Positions 1-12,540 of a DNA stretch of 64,000 bases are shown here, piece by piece; position 1 is the stretch's first letter; every line of letters begins with the position of its first letter. The translations under genes were made by a program, and so were the position numbers. The stretch is from NCBI RefSeq assembly GCF_009914755.1, contig NC_060942.1; one strand, written 5' to 3'. Origin of the DNA: the human T2T-CHM13v2.0 reference genome, Homo sapiens. Below the pieces are notes generated by a model, which worked only from the letters and a program-made list of their open reading frames with translations, did no database searches and was not told where the DNA came from.

Positions 1-3
1 TCG

Positions 4-311
4 TTTTCTTTTTTACTTAATTTTCTGAGACAGGGTCTTGCTCTGTCATCCAGGCTGGAGGGCATGATCATGGCTCACTGCACCCTTGACCTCCTGGTCA
101 CAAGCAATCCTCCTGCCTCAGCCTACCAAGTATTTGGGACCACAGGCATGCACCACCATGCCTGGTTAGTTTCTTAACATTTTTTTTTTTTTGTAGAGAT
201 GGGGTCTCACTATGTTGCCCAGGCTGGTCTTGAACTCCTGGGCTCAAGCAAGCCTTCTACCTCAGCCTCCCAAAGTGCTGGGCTTATAGGCCTCAATAGC
301 CATGCCTAGCC
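4..311 (-). mobile_element. Alu, old (AluJ-like)
   Basis: Antisense Alu: T-rich tail, gagacagggtcttgctctgtc, AluJ-type atcatggctcactg and aactcctgggctcaagc, ending catgcctagcc. Confidence 0.9.
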
Positions 312-3300
312 TATGTGCACAGGTTAGTTCCTAACTTCATGAAGTTTAGGTTAACATAAACATTATATTTTGAAGAGTTTCTTTTTTGCTTCTTTTAGTA
401 ACTGAAAAGTGAAAACTAAGTGGTTTAATAGCAAACTTTTCCTTATTAAGGAATTTTAAACAAAGGATATTTTAGTTTCTAAAATAGAAGAAAGCATCAC
501 TTGCAGTTTAAGCTATCGAGAATGGCTGAGGCATCTCCAAAAACCTGAATTCCTTGTATACATTTATCTTTGTAATCATTTTAATAATTATTTGTTAAGC
601 AGTATTGAAATGCATTACCAATTTTCTAATATACTCCTAAATTTCAGTGAAATTCTACCACACACATATGGGTTAGTGTTTGTGGCATTGGGGGACTTAC
701 AGGTATGAGGAAGTTATTTTGTTTAGGAAAAAAACACAATAGTGGAGAATAGTGCTTCCAGAAAACTAAGATGACTAAAAGAAAGAGTTTAGAAAAATTT
801 TGCGTAATTACGGTGATTTTTATTTTCTTCTAAATGAATGTTATAACTTTTGAGGCTTCTCCTCATTCAAGAACTTTAAAAGAGCTCATATGGGTACTAT
901 GGTATTTGGTTTATAAATCAGAATAGTACATTAAAAGTAAATTATCTTTCCCAAGTTCATATAGATATTGGATGTTGATATGACAGTTGAGATACTATAA
1001 TTTCCAAAGTGAAATTTTATCAGAATGATTTCTTTATAAAATTAAAATGCCTTTGATATTTCAGGATCGTCTTAGACCTGGTATTTTTATTTATGGTACA
1101 CTCAACAGGTTATTTTCTTTCCCATGTATCTCATCAACTTGTGCTGATAGTTTTCAGTTCAAAAGTATATCAGAGTTTGGATTGAAGTCAGTCTCCATTT
1201 CATGTTTGCATTTGAATTTAGGTCTGTCACAAGTGATAAAGAGTGACAAATGTGACATTGTCATGTTGAAAGATCATTAAATGTCACTCTCTGTCCTGGC
1301 AGCAAAATGGCTGGCACAAAGTCAATGATGCAAACCAAATGTGGAGTGTGCAGAGCAGAGATTGATCTTGGGCAGCACTGAGTCCTGCAAGCTGTGAACA
1401 ATCAATCATTTCATTCAAAGGAAGAGTGAAATGAGACTTGATAGTAATGCTGTGCGCATACATACAGCGTTGGACATCTAGCTTGTAAGTGTTTTGATTT
1501 ACACTTATAACTATCTAGTGACCAGTAGATAGAATAACAGTCTGGGAAGACTATATATTTGATCATTGGCTATCTCCTTGACGTTCTTTATGCACCTTAA
1601 GTCTTAAACGGTTTTTCTAACTTCAGAGCATGAATGGCCCAAAATGACTCTTAAGTACAGTCAATCTATTAGAGGTGGGATTTACACACCCTGATAAAGA
1701 AAACATTAAATCTGAATGGCAATGCTATTTCACATCTTCTGTGGCTTTTCCACAAGTGGTGTGTAATTTATTTAGCTTTCTACTTTACATGCTGTTCTCT
1801 CATTTCTGTGAATTGATCCCCTAAAGTTTCTAAATATAAATTGTACTTAAAACAGTGTGAAAATGCTTACACAATATTAATATTTATTTTCAAAAACTTT
1901 TAAAACTATCACACAAAGTATGGAGCACTTCTTAAATGTTTATCCAGTAATTTACTCCATTTGTGTTTTAAATGTAAGCTAGAAAATGAAAACATTGCTA
2001 TTGACTACCACCAGATATCCCTTAGACTGATAAATATGTTTAATCTAGTTCATTTCCATTAGATGAAAACGGAGAGTATAAAATATAACGAGTGAGAAGC
2101 AAAGCAGCAGGGATGATGACAGCAAAAGGTTGCATTAGTGAGATCTTTTTGTATTCATATATTTCACTCAGGGTATTTTAGAATGAGTTATGAATTTGTC
2201 AATGTAAGTGTATGAGAACAATATTATCTACCTCGAGTCTTAACCATGTTTTAAAATCTTTGCTAGACTGTACAATAGAAGATATTCTAAATCAAATTCT
2301 GATGGCTATTTTCTGAGGTAAAATTAGAAACTATTTTTGCTCTAATATTTATGTCAATGAGATTCAGAGAATTTGACAGTATTCATTCAGCAATGTCCAG
2401 GGTAACATAGCCATCTATCCTCTTTGGTGGAATTATCATTAAAGATAGAAATAGCTGGATGGCTATCTTGGCTTAATGTCATTGACAATTAAATGATCAG
2501 ATCAAATTCTCATATTCTAATATTATGAGCAACAGTGTTGTTTTGACTAAAATTTAGATTCTCATCTTGGTTTTCCTTCAGGAAGAATGCAGGGTGTCTT
2601 GAGGGCATGTTATGTCCAGGTCACTTATCAGTTCTATTTCTCTTTGCAAAAAAAAAGTGGCATCCTGATAAATTTTAAGTGAATTTTTAACCTCATATGA
2701 CTATTTTACAGGACAATTATCCGCATAGCTTTTCCTGTCATTAGACATCTACATGCATCTGAACCCAGATTCCTCCTCATTCATTGTCTTTCCTCCTATC
2801 AAACACCAGACCTTCTCTTATGCTCTGATCCCTTTCCTTATTTATCACTACAAATACAGTTCTTTTGTTAATCTATCTTTTCTTAAATATTTCCTTCTCC
2901 CTCTCTCCTTGATTATGCTCTTGCTCTATTATTTCCCAAATAAGAAACATAAAATTTTCATTTACTCTCTGTCTCTTCTAGTAATTGTACCTTTTTATGC
3001 TGCTCTTCAAAATTAAATTTCTCGAGAGTTTTTTCAGAGTTCTTCATTTCTTCATCTCTTCTTCATTCCTTTACAAAATTTGAAACATATCATATTGTGA
3101 AGTGTCTAAAAATATATGATCAGTTAAAAGAAGACAGGAATTGGTGCTCCCAAAAGCTGACTGAAATATACCATACATTCTGAAGTGTCCCAATTAATAG
3201 AAAATAAAAACTGGTGGTCCCAAGAGCTAACTGAAAGTTATTTACTTGTACTTTAGAAGCACCTGTATGTGCCTTCCTATTGCACTCATTTTCTTGCTTC

Positions 3301-3564
3301 TAAAGGTAGTCAGTATCCTAAATTTTATTTTAATTGTTACATGAAAAATGGCATATTGTTTAGTTTTTTTAGCTGTGGAAATTTATATGAATCAAATCAT
3401 GCCATGTGTATAAAACTTGGTTTGTATTTATCACACATTATGCTACATTATAAAATTCATCCATGATAATGTGTTAAGCTGTAGTTTACTTACTTTTACT
3501 GCTGTCTGAATATATCTGTGTACAAACATAAGACAGGCTATGTACCAATCAGCCTGTTAATGAA

Positions 3565-5755
3565 AAAGGTGATGTTAAAAGCTGCAAATTCTTTGACATA
3601 CTCTCTTTTAAGAGCTAAGACATATGGTCTCTCCCCTTTATCGAGGGTGGGTTTGTGTCTTCCTTGGTAAATAGAGTATGACAGAAATGATGCTTTGATA
3701 CCTCCAAGGTTAGGTAATCAAAGACCATGGAACTTTCATTTTATTTACTGGAACACTTAGTGCTCTTAGATGTTATTTAAGAATTATTACCCTGAGGCTA
3801 CCATGGAGGAAAGTAAATATATAGACACTGGGAAATAGATCCAAGAGACCCCAGACTTCCAGTGATCCCCCTCAAAGGACCAAACATGCGAGTGACTTCC
3901 AGCCCTTTCACCAGCTGAATGACACCAAATGACCTCTGTTAGTGCTGCATGGAACACAGAGATCACTTAGCCAGGTCTTGCTAAAATGCCTCATCCCCAA
4001 ATGGCAACATCAACAAAATAATTGTTATTTAAAACCATTGTATTTTGGGATATTTTTTAATGGCAAAAAATAATTGAAACAGAATGGTGCATCTGAAAGT
4101 GGGGTGATGCTTTAACAAACACCTAAAACATATGATATTCGTTACAAGATTAGGTGGCAGTCAGAATCTAAAGGGGTTCTATTGGTATGAGTCTGTAGTG
4201 AAGTGAGAAAAAAATGTATTGGAAACTAGAGAAAAGATGTCTCTTGTTAAATAGTAGTGGAATTCTGCAGTAATATTGAAGATACATGTTCCAAATTAAC
4301 TCAGTGATCTAGTTGACAAGATTGGTGGATTAAATGTTGAAGTTGTCACTTTTCTTCTTCTACTTGCTTATCATAAGGAAAGGAATGGATGAATGAAAAA
4401 TCTAACTTTCATTTTTGAACAGAATTTAGATGAAATGTTAATGAACCAGGGCAGTTTTTCCAGCCAGAAAACGGTTCTTAAAAACAGCAGAACTCTCAGG
4501 GAAGAGATAAAATCCAATTTGCTATTAGGTTGTTGTCTTAGTGTAAAGATGAAGCCAAACTTGTGACATTATTCATTTATTTATTAATATTGTAGTACAG
4601 AAACAGCAACATTAGATTGACCCTCTTAAGAAAGTTTGATGTGTACGGCACAGTATTGTTATAAGCACAATGTTGTATAACAGATGTCTAGAACATTTTC
4701 ATCTTGGAAAATTGATTTAATCTGATGCTTAATAGAAGTTTTCAGATAGACAAACGTCTTTTTAAGGATCTTGAGATATGCCCCACAGACCTTTCTTTCT
4801 TTTTCTCTCTTTCCTTTTTTCTTTCCTTTTTTTTCAGGAAGAATGACTCAGAATATAATATTAAGATACCAGAGGGCAAAGTCAAGAGCCGTGGACATTT
4901 GTTCCCAGAAAGTGGGTCTGAACTCCTTTCAAGGAATGCTATGAACCAGTGACTGCTGTGTGTAAGTTGGATCTGTGAAGTTCAGAAAACTTGTTTCTTT
5001 AGTTCACAATTCTTCAGGTCTGAGAAACTGAATGTAAGGACTCTCATCTGCACCTGAATTTGATTTGGATAAAGAGAATCTAAACCTCAAGCCTTAGCCT
5101 TATATCATAATGCAATAGGACTTTTTAGAGTGTTTTTGTTTGTTTGTTTGTTTGTTTTGCAGGGGTTGGTTTCATTTTGGATTTTGGAATATATGAAAGT
5201 TATGGCCAGTGGTGTATTTTGGTGTGTGTGTTGTAATGTGTCCCCATATTTTTGACACTTCTCCCATCAAGATATATATTCTATATCCCCTTCCCTAGAA
5301 TCTGAATGGACTTGGAATAGCTTCTATCTTCAGAGCATGGTAGAAATACTTTCAAAGTTGAAACACAGGAAGTCATGTAGCTTCCACCTTCTCAATTTCA
5401 ACACTTTCTTTCAGAATTCTGACACACTTGAAAGAAGTTTGACTACCTCAAGGCCATTATGCCCATAAGACCTTATCCAGATGCTCTGCCAGAACCAGCT
5501 GAGGCCAGCCTCCCCTTCCCCCATTAAAGACTATGATATGTAAGTGAAGATATCTTGGAACCAACCAACCGCCCCTTCCACCATCTGAATAACATCAAAT
5601 ATCCTCAGTCAAGCTAATACAGAAAAAAATGAATCAGCAAGCTTACCTCTGCTGGAATTTCTGACCACAAAACAATGAGATAGAGCAAAATGAGTACTGT
5701 CTTAAGCCACTGAGTTTTGGGAGAGTTTCTTATCCAGCAATAGATAACTAGAGCA
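3565..5755 (+). mobile_element. MaLR MLT1 (G/H-like) element, LTR-internal-LTR, heavily diverged
   Basis: Two homologous LTR-like blocks (~3565-4081, ~5210-5755) share tttgaca...tcccctt and end in aaaccattg/aagccactga...ttttggg...ataa-c-tgaaaca/tagagca. Internal region starts gaatggtgcatctgaaagtggggtg, typical of MaLR-int. Confidence 0.7.
4575..4712 (-). mobile_element. L1MA-type 3' end fragment inserted in the MLT1 internal region
   Basis: accctcttaagaaagttt...acagtattgtta...gcacaatgttgtataacagatgtctagaac resembles the antisense L1MA 3' UTR. Confidence 0.6.
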
Positions 5756-5899
5756 ATAGGCATTAGGTTATTCTAAATTTTTGGCAGACTATTTGGTGAA
5801 TATTTTTGTATATCTCCAGATATGTTTCCGCAATAGTTTTTCAATACCACTTTGGTACTGTTTCAAGCTTTCATCTATCTATACCTCTCCACAGAGTAT

Positions 5900-7030
5900 A
5901 TTTTTCATAGTTTTAAATACATCTATAAGACAGTAACTCACAAATATTATCTTCACTCATAATCTCTCCTCCAAGCTGCTGACATATATTTTCCCATTTT
6001 ACTTCAATATTTGAGTGTTTATGTACAATGTACAAATTAGTACATTTAGAATTTAACTCCTGGTTTTTCTCTTATTCAATAAATAAACAAACAAACAAAC
6101 CATTCCACCATATGTGCTTCTCTCTAATTTTTCTCCAATCCTAGTAAATGTCACTTCCATGCATCTATTTCTGAAAACTGGTTATCTGCCAGTCTCCAAT
6201 TTCCCTCTCCACACTAATCATTTCACCATCAAATATATCACAAATTCATCTAATTATTTTCCTCCCAAGAGGCCTTCTCTAACTACAATACCTAAAATAC
6301 ACAGTCATTCTTTATTCTCTAACACTCAGTCATACTGTATTTCAATTCCCTATTTAATCTTCTTCATAGAACTTAAAATAGGTGCAATTATACTATCTAG
6401 CTGTTTACTTATTTATATGTTTGTTATCTGTCTGTGCCTAACACAATATAATTTTCCTAAGGACAAGTATTCTCTTGTTCTTGCTAATCATGTTATTATA
6501 AAGACAAGAAGAGTAACTTGCATTTTTGTAGATGACTTATAAAACACTAAATAAAATGAATAAACTTGCACTGTCATTACCTATGACATCACCTACAGAT
6601 CACTTTAGTAACCTTTTAATTGATGTCCTTGCTTTCACGTTGTCTTCCTTCAAATAACCATTTATAGCTTCACTATCCACTTCCAGGGCTTCCCAACAGT
6701 TTCTTTTTAATTATTTCAAATATTACCTTAAAATTTATTTTTCTCAAAGACATACCAAGAAGAAAATTCTTCATGGGCTAAGAAGAAAATTATATAGTAT
6801 ATATGCTAGCAATATTCAATTTAGACAACTGTCAAAGTGCCTAACCATGATTTAAAAGATGGTGCAGGATTTATCCTTTTCAACTTTAAGGTTTCAACTT
6901 AAATATTTTTCTAAGAAGGTCATTAAAACCATCAATCCACCCGCAACCAAACAGTGCTTGTCATGCACTCTAGTGTCCAGCACAGAGTGTGGCACATAGT
7001 AGGTACTCAACAAATAATGGATGAATATAT
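5900..7030 (+). mobile_element. L2 fragments
   Basis: Degenerate L2 3' motifs, e.g. ccagcacagagtgtggcacatagtaggtactcaacaaata...atgaat at ~6977-7026. Confidence 0.55.
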
Positions 7031-7674
7031 TCATTGATCAAGGAACTAATAAAATCATATTAAATAAACAGGTATATGAAGAATAAATCAAAACTGCAGA
7101 TATGATGCAATAGCTTCTTTCCCCCTAAAAATGGTATTAAATGATTAGTACCTTGTAGTATAATTTTCAATTTAGGAAATACTAGATGATTTAATTAATG
7201 TACTTTTAAATCCCTGGGATCTGAAAAAGAGAAAATATATACTATAAGGCAATTAATGCAGAGTTTAATGCATGCATCTTGAAGCAATGTTTTATTATTT
7301 CCTATATATGTAACAAAAAAGCTATAGGAATAGATATCAAAGAGACTTCATGCTTAAACAAAATTGAATGTGTTTTTAAGAAAGCTCTGATTCTATGTTT
7401 AAATAACTCCTTGCAATTACTGACCTTCTGCTATAGTTAGATTATTTCAGATTGTTTTCTCACATTAAATTAATTTTCATTACCATTCCTACTGCCTTGC
7501 TAATTAAAAATCTAACTATTAATGAAAGTTGTACAAAAAGCCATAAAAATTAAAAATTTTCTATATAACAATTTATTTTATTCTTCCCACACTTTATTCC
7601 ATTTTAAGACATTTCATGTGCTTAGAGTTCATAATTTTTTTTATAATTACAAATTTTTAAAGTGTAGTATATTC

Positions 7675-8000
7675 TCTCACCCATTCAATGATTACTTGTT
7701 AAGTATTTAATTGTGTATCTGGCATAATACACATGAGGGTCAGGCACAGACACTGTCTCTGGTATCATGGTTATTATAGGTCAATGTGGAGACCTCCACT
7801 ATGTAAATAATACAAATAATTCTATAAATTGTAATTAAGTGGTAGGCAGAAAAACTACAGGTTGCAATTAACGAGTAGAAGGTGGCAATTTAACCAAGTC
7901 TGCAGGCTCAGATAAGTCTTCCATTAAATAGTATATAATCCAAGGCCCAGAAAATAACACTGCATTAGCTAGGAGGGGAAAACAGGAATGAATATGCAGA
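7675..8000 (-). mobile_element. L2 fragment
   Basis: cattcaatgattacttgttaagtatttaattgtgtatctggca resembles an antisense L2 3' end. Confidence 0.5.
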
Positions 8001-8305
8001 TTATGTCCCATAAAGAAGGAAAGTCTGGGAGAAAATAGACTGTGCTTCTTAAGTAAGGCATTTCCTATGAATGCTCAGATTCCTTCAAGTCTTAGTATCT
8101 TAAAAAGCTTTTTAAAGGTAATTGGTTATTTACTATTTATTGTTTCATTAGTAAAGATGTTGCTTCCATGTGTCTCTGTATAGTACATGTTTGAGACGAC
8201 AGCTGTTATATTAAATCATGCTGTCTTATTTGATACAAGCGTTTCATAAGGTTCTCATTTTTATTTCTAAAGATGACTTTTTAAAATTATGGTTTTATTT
8301 CCAAC

Positions 8306-8600
<295 letters not shown>

Positions 8601-9779
8601 TTTTTCAAGAGTTTATAAGTGAAGATTGTAGCACTGTCCCCCAATGACTGACTATGTTGATCACTTGTGTCTCTTTTTCTTGTCAGATAGGTAATTCATC
8701 ACCTGAGCACTTGACATATTGTTCACTAAGAGCATAAGTGCTTTCCATCAGTGGAACAGTGTGCTGGTGGTAAAAACCCATACACAAATAATGGGAAAGA
8801 AAACCCGCCAAAGAAACTGCGTGTTCAGCCTTACCCTATGTTATTCTAATGAACAATGTCAAACACTCATCACTTGTACTTCAAGGTTATATTTTGCCAT
8901 TCTTTCCCCATCAGAGTGTGCCACGAATTTCACTTTGCCAATCTCCCCATTAACCTCTTCAGTAACATTATTTCTTCCTTTTATTTTGCTCTTTATTGAC
9001 CTGCCTATTAAGATCTAGCTATCTGTGTAGCGTAATTTTTAAATGGCTTTTTATTAACTCTTTATTATTGCAAAGATGATAATTTCTGAATATGCCATGG
9101 ACTGAGAGTATCAATAGATCCATGATGTTATGTTCAGTTTAAACTGGTAGACAACATGTTTATCAATTTTAATATGTATTTTCTTATAAAAGGATTTCTG
9201 TATTAATTCCTACCTTAAGGAACCATATAAGTATAGAGCAGATTTGCCTGGTCATTTTAATTTCTGTCTTGACTCATTTACTGAATGATACATTGTTAAA
9301 AATAATTGGTATATGCCAATCTCACATATAAAAGTTTTGAGAGGCAGATGGAATTTGAAAATGATTTAGGGCTTCAGTGGTGGGTATATATAATTGAGTT
9401 CTCAGCTCTACCAATTACTCAGTGTCCATAGAAGCACCTCCATTCATCTTCTGTTCTCTCAAGTTGCTCTTTGTTCTCTTCTAATGGTATGTGGTGGTAA
9501 CTTTGTAACTTCCCTTCTGTCATACTTTAAACTCTCAGCAAGATTGTTATTAGAATTTTATAAAATAGTGTTCAAAATATTTCAGGAGTCTCTAATTTCT
9601 GAGATCTTTTGTAATTGCTTTTAATACAATTATTCAAAACTATTATGTTGCTACTAATTTTTATTTTTCTTCTAAACGTGTAGGCAGATTATTCTTTAAG
9701 AAGTAATTAATTAGGCAATAGAATTGACCCTAATTTTAAACTACATCTTTCTTTTTTCTTCATTCTTTCTCCCTTCCTT

Positions 9780-10260
9780 ATTTTTACCTGTTTGTTTTTC
9801 ACTTATGAATCACCAGGAAAGTTTGTTGAATGAATATTTTATTGCCATGTGCTTGTGCCAATTTCTAAATAGTATGTAGAGATGAATATACAAAACCTAA
9901 CTCCAGCCATCAAGTGACTTATAGTCCAGTAAAAAACAAAAGACGTGTAAATGAATAAATGAAGCAGAAATACAGTAGATAGATACATGAGATCAAGTGG
10001 TGAAAGATGATTAGGCATCCATCTGTTAAACAAGGCATGGAAAAATATTTCAGACACAAAGAGAAAAATAATCCAAAGCAAAATGATATTTTGGAACCAT
10101 AAAATATCATATTGTGTAAAGAAAGGAAGCATTAATGGTAGGTAGCATGTGGGTCAGATCCACTATTTTATATCTAGAAGGTTGCATTTTATTTTAGAAG
10201 AGACAAAGTTTTTGAGGAGTATTGTTTTGAGGAATAGAAAGATTAGATCTGAATTATTTT
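9780..10260 (-). mobile_element. L2 fragments
   Basis: gtttgttgaatgaata...tgccatgtgcttgtgcca and downstream purine-rich degenerate L2-like sequence. Confidence 0.4.
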
Positions 10261-11954
10261 AAAAACAAATCTTATTTCTCCATTTTTTAAAATTCCAGGA
10301 ATATCCCACATTCTTTGTCTACTTTTTCTTGTTCACTTGGACTATTTTCTTTACCTCGGCATCACTGGAATAAATAGTTGTACTATTGCATGGCAACTTA
10401 GCTTGGGGTGATCTTATTCTAACATTTTCATTTTAAATTCATCATTACTTTCCCATAATCTCTTTTCAATTTATTCATGTGCCTAAAATGACAATTTATT
10501 CGACTTTTATTTTGTCATCCATTTGAATACGTTTTTTAGCTTTCTTTCTTTGACTTTTAAATGCTTTTTTATTATGTTTCAGTTTTCATTCTGCCTCTTC
10601 TCCTCTCTGTCTTCCTCCTTCCTTATTTCTTCCTTCCCTTCCTCCTTTGATCTTAAACTTTACTGATAGATGCTAAGCTTTGAAAGTTAGACACCTTGCC
10701 TTTTAAATCTTATTTATCTAGCAGTAACATCTTGAATTTTCAACCACTTGTGGTAAATGGAGTTTCCACTGATCTTGCTCTTTTTAAAAATTTACTGTGA
10801 TATATCAAGTTCAATCAGTGAAAATTCATTTGCTTTCATTCCAAATTTTGAATTTTATTTTGTGATGATACATTACATTCATCTTTAAAAATTAATTGGC
10901 AGCATAAGATAATTTTCCTAAATAACACGTTATAATTATTGATGATTCCAAATAGGTCTTTTAAAGAAATCTTGCATGATGTAATTATTGGACAAGAATC
11001 CTCCCATATCATTTGAATTTTTCTAATAACACTTTCTGACTTAATTGGTAGTATTCAATAGAGCATACTTATTGACAAAATGGCTCTTTTGTCACTTAAG
11101 ATGTACTTCATCCTGAGAAAAAGTCAGAGTATATGTTTGTGTTTCTTCTATAATTAGACAGCTACTTACTTGGAGGTTTAAATAAAAAAAAAAGAAAAAC
11201 TTAATTTCTTTACAGAAGAATTGACTATCTTAGGTAAAAATTATAAAGCAGAATTCTAGTACCATTTTAATGTTCCTGAGAAAAGAAACGTTACAGCAAA
11301 GACAGAATGTTTAAAAATGTTTTTCTACTAAATATTATAGACAAGTGACAAGAGAAGATCCTTGTTTGTATGCAAAATGTTTAACCTTTGTGAAATTGGA
11401 GAGAAATCGCTTTAGTAATGTTTTACATATAAAACAAATGAGGTATTTTAATACACAGACACTTTGATAACTTGATGCTATATAGACAAGTTAAACTAAT
11501 ATGAATGTATACTTACTATAGCATATTGAGAACAAATTCAGTATTGCTTACAAAAATCATTATTCTTACTTTTGAATCATGTCATGTATTTTGCTAGACT
11601 TTAAATGTTATTTAGTTATTAGAGTTTGCACCTCAACTTATTTCTTATCTTCAAGGACCTTAAATTCTAATAGAAAAAGATTAGATATGAACATAAACCA
11701 CAAAATATGAGGTGATATATTGTGTTATAGTTGCCATGAGAGGTGTATACATCATGTACTCTAAGGATTGAGTGAAAGAAAATAATAGCTAAAAAAATCA
11801 GAGATGATATTTTTAATCAGATGGTTTTTGATCTAGTGTTTGCACCATGAAAACAATTTGGAGATGAAATAATAGAAAAAGAAGGCCATGAACAAAAACG
11901 TAGAAGCAGGTTTACTATAAGTGTGGTCTACTAGTTTACTATGTTTACTGTAAG

Positions 11955-12517
11955 TGTGGTCTACTAGTTATCCATTGCTGCTACAACAAAGTTAGTAGCC
12001 TAAAACAATATCAGTTATTTATCTTGTTCATGACTCTGCAATTCAAACAGGAGTTGATAAGAAAAACTTGACCCTGCTTCATGTGGCATTAAAAAGGTAG
12101 CTTGAAGGATGGAACCTCAAATTTCTTAATGGCTTGTTCACTCAGATGTGTGGTGGTCAATTTTGGCTATTGACCTGGACCTGAAGCTGTGGCATCTACA
12201 TGTGAGCTCTTCCTGTGACTTCATGGCTTCATCAAAGCATTGTAGCTGGCTGGGCTCTAGGAAGGAGCATCCCAAGAGAACAAGACACGTGCGCGGCATC
12301 TTTGTGATGCAGTATCAGAAGTCACAGAGCATCACTTCTGCCATGTTCTATTAGTTTCCTCATCAAAGCCATCACAAAGCTCTTCCCAGGTTTAAGGCTT
12401 CAATTCAAAGGAGCTGTAAATGTCACATTGTGAAAAGAGCATGTTGAGTGAAATGTGCTGTTACCATCATCTTGGAAAAAACAAAACAAACAAACAAACT
12501 AACCAATCATCCAGACA
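11955..12517 (-). mobile_element. MLT1 (F/G-like) solo LTR
   Basis: ctagttatccattgctgc...aaaacaa...gaagtcacagagcatcacttctgccatgttctatt...gagcatg...catcttggaaaa matches an antisense MLT1 LTR. Confidence 0.75.
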
Positions 12518-12540
12518 TGGTACATGAGACACAAGATTTC

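Noticed and set aside
6114-6542. 142-aa ORF with hydrophobic stretch
   Set aside because: Non-ATG start, overlaps degenerate L2; composition reflects T-rich DNA.
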